Below, in pieces: positions 51,301 through 64,000 of a stretch of DNA of 64,000 nucleotides (positions within the stretch are counted from its first letter, which is position 1; every line of letters begins with the position of its first letter). The stretch lies in the NCBI GenBank assembly GCA_013239625.1, contig MU054187.1, positions 20,118,897 through 20,182,896 on the forward strand, in the 5' to 3' direction. Made by a program: the position numbers and the translations under genes. The notes beneath the pieces are model-generated. The model saw only the letters and a program-made list of their open reading frames with translations, was not told the origin of the DNA and made no database searches. Origin of the DNA: Lama guanicoe (lineage: Eukaryota).

Positions 51301-53007
51301 GGATTTTTAATATATGACACTTTAAATTCTGAAAGTTCTTTTTGATGTGAAGTGATTGAATTTGCTGTCAGACAAATCTATAATTTACATATTTTTATTC
51401 TCAGGGCTGACTGTGTTATCTCATTGAATTACCTTGACTATAAGATATATTAAAGATTTAATAAGAATAGATAAGTAAGATTAACTGTTAATAGTCTTTT
51501 CAAGACTTAATGGCGTAAAACAGTGAGTTAATCTGTTCATATTAACTCAAAAATGTTACCAGTATGGCAGGAATTTTCTTTACTCTTAATATGAAGATGG
51601 AGCCACCCTGCTAGATTCTTTAAGTTTCATTTCAATTTTAGATATTTCAATAAAAAAAATTTGTATGGTATATAGCAGAATAGAAACATCTGGTGTTTAT
51701 GCACTTTCTGCTAAATCACAGATGACTAATTATTTTCCATGTGTCAGGAAGAAAACTGATTAATTACCTGTCCTTGTTAGCCTAATGTTCTGCAGCTAAG
51801 ATCCGTTCTTCCAAGCCTTCAGTCTCTTTTGTACATTTTGTGACCAGTCTTAACTGCAAAGATATTTATTTCCATATTTTTAAAATTTTTTCAAATATTC
51901 TTGCATCTAGATGCTCCTAGAATTTTAGCTTCAAGATGAATTTAAAAATAGAATTGGACAAGTTCATAGACGTTCTTTTGTGATTTTGATTATTTGAACA
52001 TGGATTAATTTGGAGAGACTTGATACTTCCATTGTTCCATTCTTGCTTCCCCATCATGAAAATATGTCATTACAGTTTTGAATCTATTTCAGTAAGATAT
52101 CATAGTTTTCATTGTCTAGCTTTTATACATTTTTTTCAATTTGTATAGAATCTTTATGTAATTTCTAACTAAAATATTTTTCTGATAAATAAAGAAGGTA
52201 TTAGTTATTAAATATGGACTATTTTATAATCTCTAATTGAGGTTGATCATACCTGATTTGGGGTGAGAGAAAGATCTTAAAATTGATGTACAGAAACAAA
52301 TTTGCAATAACTGCTCTGTAAGAAATTAACTTTTAAAGCTATTTTACTCCCATTCTGTTTTATAGTGCTTTTCAAAGAATTTCATAGAAGGATTGTTTTC
52401 CTAATGACCTTTTTTCCCCTTGTGCATTCAGAATAACTCCCACTGCATTCTGCATTTCAATGACACTGTTACTATGGGGCTATTTTTTTTAAACAATCCG
52501 TTTTATAAAATTAATGTTGAGAGAGCAAAGGCAAACAATTTGGAAAACGGCAAGCAAGATATTTTGTGCCAAAGGCAGAAGCAGATAACAGCAGATTTCT
52601 TCACTGAGGACCTTCCCTCACTGCAGAGGCAGGCAGTCTTCACATTCCCTGCCCGGCAAGATTTTATAATCGCTTGTGACCATTGACTGTTGTGTGTTAC
52701 ACATTCTGTACAATAACCATTGGATATAATCACTGTGATTGTCTTATTTTATTTCTTGTTTATAAGTAATCAGACCACAAGAAGCCACATGTAAACCAGA
52801 TAGAAGACCCAGAGATCCTGGACTCTGAGCTGGACACAGTTACTAGGTAGAGTGGGATGGACTGTCTTGGAGGAGTAATATTGTGCATGTAAGGGAGGTT
52901 GGTGGAGACTCTAGGAATGTACCAGTCCCTTTATAATAATTCCACTTTCTTCCACTACTAGAAGGATTCATACATTTCAGTCTTCTCTTAGCTGAAGACT
53001 GCATTTT

Positions 53008-53310
53008 CTTTTTTTGTTGTTGTTGTACGTATTTAAGGTATACTTTCTGAAATAATCACCACAATCAAGCTAACTAGCATATCTGTCACCTCACGTAGGT
53101 GTGGTGTGTATGTGCGCGCGTGCACACGCATGTGTGGTGAGAACACGTAAGAGCTACTTTCTATCAAATTTCAAGCCCAAGGTGCGGCACTATTACCTAT
53201 AGCCATCATGCTATGGGCATTAGACCTTCTGAACGTACTCATCTTACATAACTGAAATGTGTAGCCCTGACTTGCATCTCTCTACTTCTCCAGCTCCCAG
53301 ACCCAGAAAG
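53008..53310 (-). mobile_element. L1MA/MB 3' end, antisense
   Basis: 'accacaatcaagctaactagcatatctgtcacctcac...gtggtgagaacac...tcatcttacataactgaaa'. Confidence 0.85.
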
Positions 53311-54795
53311 GAATGGCTTCTACTAGAGAAGACTGAAATTTGGAGTCTAATAAAGGGAAAGAAGCCAAGAAGCCCCGAGCATCCAGGGAAGTCCTCTTCT
53401 GGGTGTGTCTGGAGTGTGTGAGTCCCGGGTGATGATTATGAAAGGTACCAACCCTCATAATTTTAGATTGAATATATTTACCTGTCTTCTATTGTGGGTT
53501 CAAATCTCCTGGGGCCCCTATTAGCCCCGTAACAGGGAGCAATCTTTCTATGTCCTAAGGCATTTACATGCACTTACTTTTTTCCTGAAAAATCTATGAG
53601 TAACAGATAATTTTATAGGCTACGGTTTTAGTTGAATTTTACGGGTATTTGTCGAGTTTAACTAAAGCTACTTGTCATTTTAATAAAAGGATATGCAGAG
53701 CAGTGGTTTAATTAAATTAAATTAACAATTTCAACATGCTGAGGAAAATTAAATCTGAAACTTTTTGTATTCAAATGAGTTTTAGGCCCTTTAAATTCTT
53801 TGATTATTTTTAAGCATAATGTTTTAAAAAATTGAAGATGCTTTTAAAACAAGCACTTGATGATATCCCAGAGGAATTCATGTAAATGAGGATATATATT
53901 AGCAATGAAAAAAAAACCCACTACCCACTTTATACACCTGTGGTTCTGTAAAATATAGCATTGTGATTAAACAATATTTTATGATCTGGTAATTTCTGTC
54001 CACATATATAAGAAGGCTTGTGCAAATTAGCCATAACTCTTTTTTAGATACGTGGAATAAAACATCGTATTACTAGATCTCTGAGGATATCCTATAATAA
54101 AGCTATATATCTGTGGAATCACTCTGTGATATAGAATAATGTTCTTTGATGTTTAATACTTTTGGTTAGAATCCCATTTTTATGGTTCAAGAAATGTGTT
54201 TTGACCCATGTACTCTAGGTACTGATTTATCTACTTCATATCCAGTGAACCTAAAATGGTTTTAAAAGAGCTCTGAAGATGCCAGTGAACATCTGAAAGT
54301 ATTTTACAAGACCTATATTAGAAAAAAGAATTCCCATTACAGAGGAGTTTAAATTGCCCAGACCATAAAAGGATTACTTTTCTAACAAGTGAGCTTGGTT
54401 CTGTTCCTTGTATTCCTCCTGTGTTCTGTGGACTCTTTGGAGTAATCCAAGATCAATTTTGCCGGTGCCCAGGCAATTAACTCTTTCGCTGCAGTCCATC
54501 TGCCAGCGCGATATCTTCTCCTCTTTTTACTGGGACATGATTACACCGAGCCTCAACAGGTCTTTGAACTCAGTGCAGTAATGTTACATGAAATCAGATT
54601 TTATCTCATTTAAAATTGCTGACTGACACGTCCACATGGAGAAGGTCACGAGATTCTTCAGGAGGGAGTACAGCGTTCATTCTTGCAGTCAGTGCTCACA
54701 TTTTGAGTCCATTCTTTGTTTTCTAAGAAAATAATTTATATTGCTTCACCAAAGATGCTCTTCCTCCAAAATATGCTATTTTTTTGTTAAAATAT

Positions 54796-55163
54796 TGCTG
54801 TAGACTGAATGTTTGTGTCCCCTGAAAATTAACATGTTCAATCCTAACTCCCAGTGAGATAGCATTTGGAGGTAGAATCTTTGGGAAGTGATTAGGTCAT
54901 GAGGGAGGAATCTTTGCGAATGGAATTGATGCCAGTATAACAGAGACTTCAGGGAGCTGTCTTGCATGTTCCAACAAGCGAAGACACAGAGAAAAGACAG
55001 CCCTCTACGAATCAGGAAGTGGGCTCTCCCCAGTTACTAAATCTGCCAGTACCTTGATCTTGAACTTCTCAGCCTCCAAAACTGTGAGAAATAACTTTCT
55101 GTTGTTGACAAAGCCACTCAGTCTGTGGTATTTTTGTTATAGCATCTTAAATAAACCAAGACA
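54796..55163 (+). mobile_element. MaLR solo LTR (MLT1A-like) with perfect 5-bp TSD
   Basis: tgctgtagactgaatgtttgtgtcccc...aagaca; aatat at 54791-54795 and 55164-55168. Confidence 0.92.
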
Positions 55164-57749
55164 AATATATTATTAACAGGCTTAGGAATTTAAGGACAAG
55201 TTTTCCTCAAGAATATTGAGGAAGAAATTGTTTCACAGCTTTTTCATAACATTCTGAGAGTCCTTTTTTTCTAATATGATGTAAAGAGGTAAGAGGAGGG
55301 TAAAGACAGTGTTTATCTGTTTCTCCAAACGTGGAGCACATTTGGAAAACTGCAAATTAAAAGTGATCCTTGACCACCCCGCAAAGCCATTGTGTTTGTT
55401 TCCTCAGAAATAAGTAGGCTCCTCAGACAGGGAAAACCTAAGAATGATTAGAGTGCCAGCTGATGACATTAAACTCTACATTCTGAAGTATAGTCATTGT
55501 TCTCGTCTGTCCTAGAAGACAAACAGTGAGAGAAGAATACATAGTAGATAATATATTGACTATGTCATAATTGCTTGTCTTTCTTTTTAACTGAGATATT
55601 ACTAAGTGGTAGTATTAAAAGGAATATGTGCTTACATTTGAAGTAGTGGTGAATAAAGTGAAACTAAGGTTTCAATTTACAGTATTTTAGTTTTTTTTTA
55701 AATTGTTGGGTTTTAATACTCATATGAAAAGTAACATCTTTATGAAGAATATTCAAAATCAGCTTCTCAATGCTTTTAATATGTGTAAATTCTACAGATA
55801 GACCCTAACCTTGCTATCAGGAGTCAGTATTGGAATTATTTCTAGATTATGTATTTAAAAATGAGGTACATTAAAACAAGTGAGCTGCATGCAATTTATT
55901 TTTAATTGTGAAGTATATACACAACATTTGGATACCCCTTTCATGCAGTTTAATCAGATTCATGTATTTATGATTTTTTATCAAGATTGTGACTTCAGCA
56001 AAAAGCAAACATCATATAATATATGCTAAACATGTAAATATATAGTCTATAAAATTGCCACAAACCTATAAAATATTACCTCCAAATGCATACATTTGAA
56101 TTAAAATGCTATGAATTGATTTGCATTCATTAAAATATATTAGCTTCATATTAGCAAACCTTTCACACATGTTCAGTCCCATTCTAATTTTGGATTCCTT
56201 AATTTTATAAGTAAAGATGCCTGATCTCAGCACATCAGATGCTGTGGTTTATCTGCATTTTCAGAATTAGATACTGGTTGAGGTGGGATTATCATCAATG
56301 TCATCTTAGTTAAACCCACTACTCTCTCTCATGTACCAGTAGGCAAGTTCTATTTCTTATAAGTGAGGGGATGAATAGTAGTTGGATGGGGAAATATTCC
56401 AGACATAGTAGATTTGATATCTTTTTTCCATGATGATTTTCAGTCTTTTAGCAACGTGATGTTTCAGTTTAATAATTTCTGGAGTGCCTTCTCTGTGCAA
56501 AGCATATGCTCAGTACTGGGCCAAGCAAAGATGGCTGAGTTAGGTGCTTCCCATAAAGAACTTTCTGCCTTAGAAAACAGTCACACATGCTTTCTGAGTA
56601 GCTGTAATTACAGGTCTACCATAGACACTGCCAAAGGGAAGAGGCATCCATTGTGAAAGATGCCAGAGAAAAATGATTAATGATAACTCCGGATGTGCAT
56701 TAAAACTTGAATATCTTGGTACTTTTCAACCAACCCCTGTTTTTATCAGTAAAATTTAAGCATGTGTTGCCCGGCCCAGAAATCTGCAATCACAGAAATA
56801 AAATCCAAGCCGCAGCAAAGAACATGGGACTATATGAAGTAGTGATTAGCTTTTTGAACTCAACTGGACACAACTTTCTCAAGCTTTATAGTAGTTAATT
56901 CTTCTATACGATTGAGGAGCTCAAAAATTATATGTGATGTTCATAATTTATTTTCAGACACTGTTTTCCCCTCACTATATTATTTTTGATTCCCTCTCTC
57001 TGTTTTTGAATTTAGAACTATGTTGATTTGTCCTTAGTTCTTTTAAAATAAAATTGCTGTACTTCTATAACTGTCAATAACTTAATCTTGTACCTTATTT
57101 TATACAGTTTTAAGATGATTATCTCAAGAGATTTCTCAAATATTTATTTTATCATTTCTTCAAATATGATTTGAAACCTGCCAAATGTACCCTGAAATTG
57201 GATCTCAAATTCTAATTAAACTGAGATAAACTTATGTGACCTTAAAAAATCCCAGTGCAGGAAGAAGTTATATTTCTTTCTTTTTATTTTAATTTAGAAG
57301 CAATATTCAACATGTCTGAATTTATATTTGTGTAGTAGATTTTCATTATTGCTCAAAGTACCATAACAGCACCCACAGCAAGTATATTTATACAGGCATT
57401 TCTATATGCTACTCAACTAGAAAAATGCAATTATTTCATTAATTTGATTTTGTTTTTAATATGCTGGCAGTGTGTAATATATCTTGTTAAATCAGCAAAT
57501 ACAGTTATGGATAATATAATTATATTGTAGCTATAAATACAAATGTTTAATTAGACATATTTGCATGTAGAGAGATAGAAGATACATAGTTATGGTGAGA
57601 CTTGGAATGTGTTTTATCATTTTGTTACTAAACAACTTGATACGGCTCTCCTAAAAGGAAGGCTGAGTATTTATCTTTTTGATGTCTTTATTCCTAAAGC
57701 TATCTTTATGGATAATTAAAATATTAAGTTTCAAAGACTTACACTTAGT

Positions 57750-58770
57750 ATGTTTATCAGTCAGAGTCCCAGCTGGAAGCAGACAGCAAGTTAAAATTAG
57801 GATAACTGAAGGAAGGTTTTATAAAGGGACTAAATATAAAGTAGGCAAGACACAAGGAAACTACATGAGTCAGTCAGGACTCCCAGGCTAGTCAGAGTCC
57901 TAGCCCTTTTGAATGAGCCTGGGGAGATAGAATTTCTGGAACCTCAAATGGAAATTTGTTATGGAGAGAGCTGCCATGTAAAGAGAAGCTTCATCTGGTT
58001 GAGGTGTTAGGTAGTTAGACAACTGGGGATGCAGGGCAGATAGATGGAGGAGAGGGAGGATGGTCCGGAAGATGGCATTATGCCCGCCTCCAGCATAAAG
58101 GAATTTTACTTCTTCTAAATGAGTGCCAGCAAGAAACTGGTTAAAACCCAACAGCCACAACTGCGAGGTAGCAGAAAGGATTTAACCGGACACAACCCAA
58201 TGTTCATTGCATTATAATTCACATTGTAGTTTACGGCCCCCACCCCCACCCCATGGGTTCTTCTGTGTGCACCACGCGCAAGGACGTGTGCAAAGGGGCC
58301 AAACAGGACTAACCGCTCCAGGGACAACAGCCGTCAGTCAGTCAAGAGACAACTTCTGAGTAAGCGTATGAGAGAAAGAGAGGACAAAAACTGCTGCTTT
58401 TCCCTCCCTTGGATCAACCCACCTCCTGTTCTTGGGGGTGTACTTTTCCTTTCTTTTAAAATAAATCTTTGAAAATGTTCAGCATCACAATGCACTGTTT
58501 CCTGACTGCAAACTTGTCTTTTGGGTTTGACAAGAACTGAGGTCTTTACCTTTTGGGGTAACAGAGGGACAACCCCAAAATAAGGGCTCAAGGAAATAAT
58601 ATTGTAATATATTCTCCCATGGATCTTTGGAAAATGTTTTCCTATTGACTAAATCCAACCAGAAAGCCTTTGCATGTGGGTGCCCTTTAATGTGTTTTAT
58701 GTAAGTTAATCTTCAGAGATTCAAGTGCAGGGTGGATCTGAGAGGCAAAGAGAAGATATCCAACACAGTA
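57750..58770 (-). mobile_element. Old ERVL/MaLR-type LTR remnant, split by a younger LTR
   Basis: 'cagtcagagtcccagctggaagcagac...ataaagggact' at the left; 'cctattgactaaatccaaccagaaagcc...gggtggatctgagaggc' at the right. Confidence 0.5.
58005..58563 (+). mobile_element. ERV1-type solo LTR (559 bp) with 4-bp TSD
   Basis: TGTTA...TAACA inverted termini; gagg at 58001-58004 and 58564-58567; AATAAA ~58460; CpGs retained. Confidence 0.88.
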
Positions 58771-59199
58771 GATGTCGGGAAAGGGTCAAATTACTGGATC
58801 AAATAATTCACAGATATGGCCAGTTGACATAATCCAAATAAAGATTTTATTATTATGACATAATTTACACCAGGATAATTTATTCAGGGTAGTGAACAAT
58901 CAGAACAAGACAGAAGTAATATTAATTTACTCTAAAATCCATTATATTTTCTTAAAATACAATATGCATATAATTTGGTCATTTTACTTTCTAAGACTCT
59001 AGGTGGGTTGAATTTATTGTTAATTTCTTTGTAGTAAAATTTGGCTTCTGCTGGGACAGAGAAATACATAAAAGTCCAATTAGGTCTTAAGGGCATTTTG
59101 AACAAGCCAATTGTGCTTTATTGTCACCATGCCTTCTGGCTGGGGCTGCCTTCTGATAGGGACTCTCCTATATTCTCTTCCTGCTCAGATTTCCTTTAC

Positions 59200-61780
59200 A
59201 AAGTAAAGTATGATGTCTGCAAAATGGTAGAAGAAGTGGCTCTAAACTCTCATTCCCCTCACAGAAACATTGAAAAGCAAGCAAAAACTGTTGAAGGCAA
59301 CTTTGTCACAACTCTGGACAAACAGTCAAAGGTGCGGTGTAACCAAGTTAATAATGAATTAGGTAAATAATGAATTAATAATAAATTAAAAGGCACCTTC
59401 AAAGTAGTGGGAAAGCTCTGTGATGTTTTCACTTCCCTTTGTCCCACCACCTCCAGTCGTGAAGAGGAATGCCTCCTTTCCCAACGTGGGACTCACTCCC
59501 TTGGTTCCAGAAGGAATGGAGCAACTTTTTCGACAAATGATTGTCTGTATTGGTCCTGACCTGTCTGCAACTGCTGAACACAAGGCACTTGTCTCTGTTC
59601 ATATAACTCAGAACTCAGGCCAGGAAGGAGGAAGGAATTGCTTGAAAACATTGCAAATGGAACTACAATTCACAGGTACTTGGAACAAAAGACTATACTA
59701 TGTTTTGACTAGAAGCAAAAGCTGGGGAGAATTTCTTGGGGGAATTAGAATTTTCAAAAGCACCACTGTATACGGGGGAATTTGCAAGCCTATGCTCTTG
59801 ACCACAGCAAGAGGCATTCTCAAAAATGATCTGAGAAGACTCTCATCTTTCACCTAAGTATCATTTCACAAACTCAGTGGAATCCAGGCTAAGTGTGGAA
59901 GGAGTGCCTGGGCACTCAGTCCACCTGCAAAGACTGGGTGAGCTGTTTTCTTGTCTATTCGTTTGTTTCATTATTTTTACTCTTTCTGTTTAAAGGAATC
60001 TCTGTCAATATCCTAGTTGAACAGAAGCTAAGGAACAGACATTTCAGTGTCCATATACAGTAAGAAATATAGTCTTTGCAAAAAAATAATTTTGGAAAGT
60101 CCTGAAATTAGTCATGAAAGCAAGAGAGAAGTGACTCATCATGTACTACAGATCCTCTAAAAGATAAACAGCAAATTCTCATCAGATACGAAAGCCAGAT
60201 GATAGAACACGCCATATTGAAAGTGCTGGGGCGGGGGGGAAATCCCTGCTAATCAACAATTCTCTAACTCACAAATTAGTCCTTCAAATATGAGGGAGAA
60301 ATTAAGAATTTTCTAGATAAATAAAAGCTGAGGGAGTTAATTCTTACTAAATCCACCCTATAAGAGATCTTTAAGGGAGTCCTCCAGTTTGAAATGATAC
60401 GATACTAGGCACTACTTAGTAACCCATAGAGCTCTGGTGAAGGCAAGTTCATAAAAAAATCTATCCTATAGCCTCAAAATGTATAGAGATGGATTTGTGA
60501 TAACAGAAACATAAAGCAGGATGAGGTGAAGCTGTAAAGCAGAAGGGTTTTGGTACACTTTTGAAGTTAAATTGGTTATTAACTGGAAGTAGATTGTTAT
60601 AAATTTAGGATGTTAAATATAATAATCACATACAATCATGTATATATAATACATGAAATAAGTAAGTTAAAATGACTCATACAAAAAATCAACTAAGCAC
60701 AAAAGGAGTTAGTTATGCAAGAAATGAGAAACTTTAAATATAGGTGGATTAAATTCTCTAAACAAAAGGCGGAGATTTGCAGAATGGACAGAAAAATGTA
60801 ATTCAATTATAGGTCGTCTGTAAGACTTACTTTAGATCTAAATACATAAATAGCTTGAAAATGAAAGGATGGAAAAAGACATTTTATACGAATAGTAACA
60901 AAAGGAGAACAGGGTGACCACATGATCAGACATAATAGGCTTTAAGTCAAAAACTGTTACAAGGGAAAAAAAGGATATATATATTGATCAAAGGGTCAAA
61001 TCACTAAATAACATAATAGTTATAAACTTATACACACAAGAAACAGAACCCAGTATATATGGAGCAAACACTGACAGAAATCAAGGGATGAGTAGCTCTA
61101 CAATGAGTTTGAGAACTTTAATACATCACTTTCCATAATGGATGGAACTTCTAGACAGGGCATCAGTAGGATACAGACGAACTGAACAGTCATCCATAAA
61201 CCAACCATACGTAAGAGATACCTATAGAACACTCCACCCAACAGCAGCTGAATGCACGTTCCTCTCACGTGCACATGGAACATTCTCCAGAAGGGATCCG
61301 ACGTTATGCCACAAAACAAGTCACAGTAAGTTTTAAAGGATAAATATCATTCAAAATATCTTCTCTGATGACCACAGGGTAGATATCAAAAACAGAGGGA
61401 AAACTGGGCAATTTTCAAATATGTGGAAGATAAACAATATATTCTTAAACAACCAATGGGTCAATGAAGAAATCACAAGTGAGAATGGAAAGTATTTAGA
61501 AATGAAAGCAAATGAGCACCTAACATACCAAAATGCATGGGGTGCAGCAAAGGCAATGCTCAGAGAGAAATTTACAGCCATATATGTCTACACTAAAAAA
61601 GAAGAGAGCTGAAGTCAATATCCCAACTTTATTCCTTGAAATACTAGAAAAAGAAGAAACTAAGCCTAAAGCTAGTCAAAAAAAAAAATTAGACAAGAAA
61701 AGAAAGTAAATAATAGAAAATAATTTAGAAAAAGAACAAATAATGAGATAATGAACGAAACCAGGAGTTGGTGCCAAAAA
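59200..61780 (+). mobile_element. Old LINE-1: 5' region, ORF1 remnant and ORF2 endonuclease region
   Basis: ORFs 61142..61336 (DTYRTLHPTAAECTFLSRAHGTFSR) and 61421..61612 (WKINNIFLNNQWVNEEI...YQNAWGAAKAMLREKF) are L1 ORF2. Confidence 0.9.
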
Positions 61781-61957
61781 ACTCTTTCAAATTGATTGCT
61801 AACTAGTCATTTTTAACAAGTGAATTTTGCCTATTAACATAGTATAGACTTCTCTTTTGAAAAAGGGAAGTAACAATAAGGTCATTAAACATGCAGTATA
61901 GTAAAATTGCTAGTAAGTAATCTGTCACCAGATTAATCTTAAGATAATTAAAAATAA

Positions 61958-62047
61958 AATACTGTACACCAAAAATTGACACATTGTAACTGACTATACA
62001 TCCATCATAAATAAATAAATAAAACCTTTAAAAAGAACAAAAAAAAT
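61958..62047 (+). mobile_element. Very short LINE-1 3' tail
   Basis: 'ctgtacaccaaaaattgacacattgtaactgactatac' followed by an A-rich tail; similar to 13140-13200. Confidence 0.8.
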
Positions 62048-64000
62048 CATCTAAAATAGGAAACTTCACCTATTTCAGACAAGATTGCTCCTCAAATATT
62101 TCATACTGTAATGATATGAACGCATTTTTATTAATGGGTGTCTAATGTAAAATATCATCTATTAACAAAATAGTGAATTTTTAAGACCATAGCATAAATC
62201 AGACTATAGAATTCATCCCTACTTTTGTTTTAGACTCTTATTAGAAATTCCATAGACAGCCTACTGGTTTTGTAGGTGAAAATGTATCACTCTTTATTTA
62301 TATGTCTTGTTTGGTCAGAATCCTATTTTCAACCTTATTATTGAATGTCTGCTCAGCATCATTCATGAATTTACTAATTCAAGTGCCGACCAGAAGTGCT
62401 GAATTAAAAGGCAGATCTTCCGCATTCCAGTACACAAAGAAGCAAATCTAATTACAAGGTGGGAAGTCTGGATGAAGGAGACTAGCAGAAAGCTAAGAAT
62501 TACTGGGGCAGGGAGTAGAGACAGATTATTTCCCATACATCCACCTTATTTATTATGTATACAATTACTATGAATTAGATGTTATTATTCCCAGTAGAAT
62601 GAAAGCATCACTGAGGTTTGGTGGTTTGTTTTTGTCATGTATCTTGGGACCCTAGAACAATGCCTAACGTAACTATTCAGATATTTGTCAATGAGGGAAA
62701 GAATGAATGAAAAATGAAAGAGGAAACAGAAAGATAAATGATTGGCTACATAGATTTTCATGTAGAAAGAGGTAACTGAAGTTCAGAGAGATGGCCACTC
62801 ACCTTAGATCATCACATGAATTTACTCTAAGTGTATGTCTTGGGCCAAGAAAATGTATTTTGCAAACTTTATTTGAAATCAGATATAGTAACAAGGTCAA
62901 GATAACTTTGTGAAGAATTAAAATAAACTCTCAATAATATGTTCTGATTCAAGGTCTTTTATTCTTCTTTACCATAGACAAAAGTCTTAAATTTATTCCA
63001 TTTCAAGGGCTACACTCTTTTGAAAACTCTACCCTTTAAATATAGTAATAACTAGTACATCTCATACTCCCAGTGGTCCTTCAGCACAATAATGCTGGGG
63101 ATTAATAGCATAATTTCTAAACAAGATAAATTTCAAAGAACATGCAGGCCTTTGCTAGGTAGCAGAATACTGAACTTCATCTAAATTTAAGAACTATTGC
63201 CTGCATCAAAGTTTGTGAATCATACCTCTATTGACAGACTGCTCAGTAAACCTAAGAAACCTTTAGTAAACTTATTTTAAACCATGTCCAGTTTATGATG
63301 ATGTTCAGTAAAATGTCCATCTTGCTTTGACTATATTCCACTTAATTTAACTGAAGATATTTCAGCCTAGCATTACATATAATTTGAAATGATGCCAACT
63401 CCAGTATTAAAAAAAAATGCTTTTCATCATGACGCTAAATATAAAGATTCCTAAATCAGATACTTAGGAATTTTTTAAGTGAAGATGTTTTACATCTGGA
63501 TATTTTTTTCTTTGTGTGTCCATAGTAATAATAATCCTTGGTTAATGGTCATTTTAATGTTGCAAGTGAGTTTTATTGACTGAAATATTCAGGGTGTACA
63601 CTGACAATTAGAGCAAATACTTGTCATAAATAAAGCTCTACGATCTTACTAAATTTGAATTTACATTGGAAGGATCCATACTAGGTTTAAAAATACTGCT
63701 TTAATAAGTAGACATTGATGCTCCATTTATTTTGCATATGCCTTAACAGACTAGCCAAATTCACCACTCAGTTTGCAGGGATGGAAACAGAACATTAAAA
63801 TAACTTGACAGATCACAAAGGTGGTAAGTAGAAGATGCAATTCAATTCCATGTAGCACGTTTGACTCTAGGGTTCAAACCCTACAGTAATGCCCACAAGG
63901 ATTTTATTTTACATTATTGTACCTGAAATTAAATTAGATAATTTGTCACAGAACTCTCAACCTGCTATGGGATCAAATATCAGGTAATTTAGTGCATATT

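Noticed and set aside
59420..59857. 145-aa ORF, the longest in the window
   Set aside because: Lies within old L1 5'-region sequence, has a non-ATG start and no recognisable domain
1..64000. CRISPR arrays, operons, prokaryotic defence systems, CpG-island promoter
   Set aside because: Sequence is mammalian repeat-rich non-coding DNA; no regularly spaced repeats, long ORFs or extended CpG island seen

Overview
Mammalian, AT-rich, non-coding genomic DNA (gene desert or large intron). It is most likely from a camelid, judging by three tRNA-derived SINEs of the vic-1 type. No intact protein-coding gene is supported: the only ORFs with recognisable homology are LINE-1 ORF2 fragments. The window is a mosaic of L1 fragments of several ages, MaLR/ERVL and ERV1 LTRs, MIR/L2 remnants, a MER2-like MITE and a 254-N assembly gap. 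Target-site duplications (TSDs) are readable for many insertions. I found no convincing novel biological system. The most interesting items are small L1-mediated events (a 26-nt tailless U6 retrocopy, a polyadenylated LTR-like retrocopy, a twin-primed inverted L1, a tail-only insertion), a SOX/RFX/POU motif cluster and two candidate exons. Repeat family names come from remembered consensus resemblance and need RepeatMasker/Dfam confirmation. Boundaries without TSDs are approximate.
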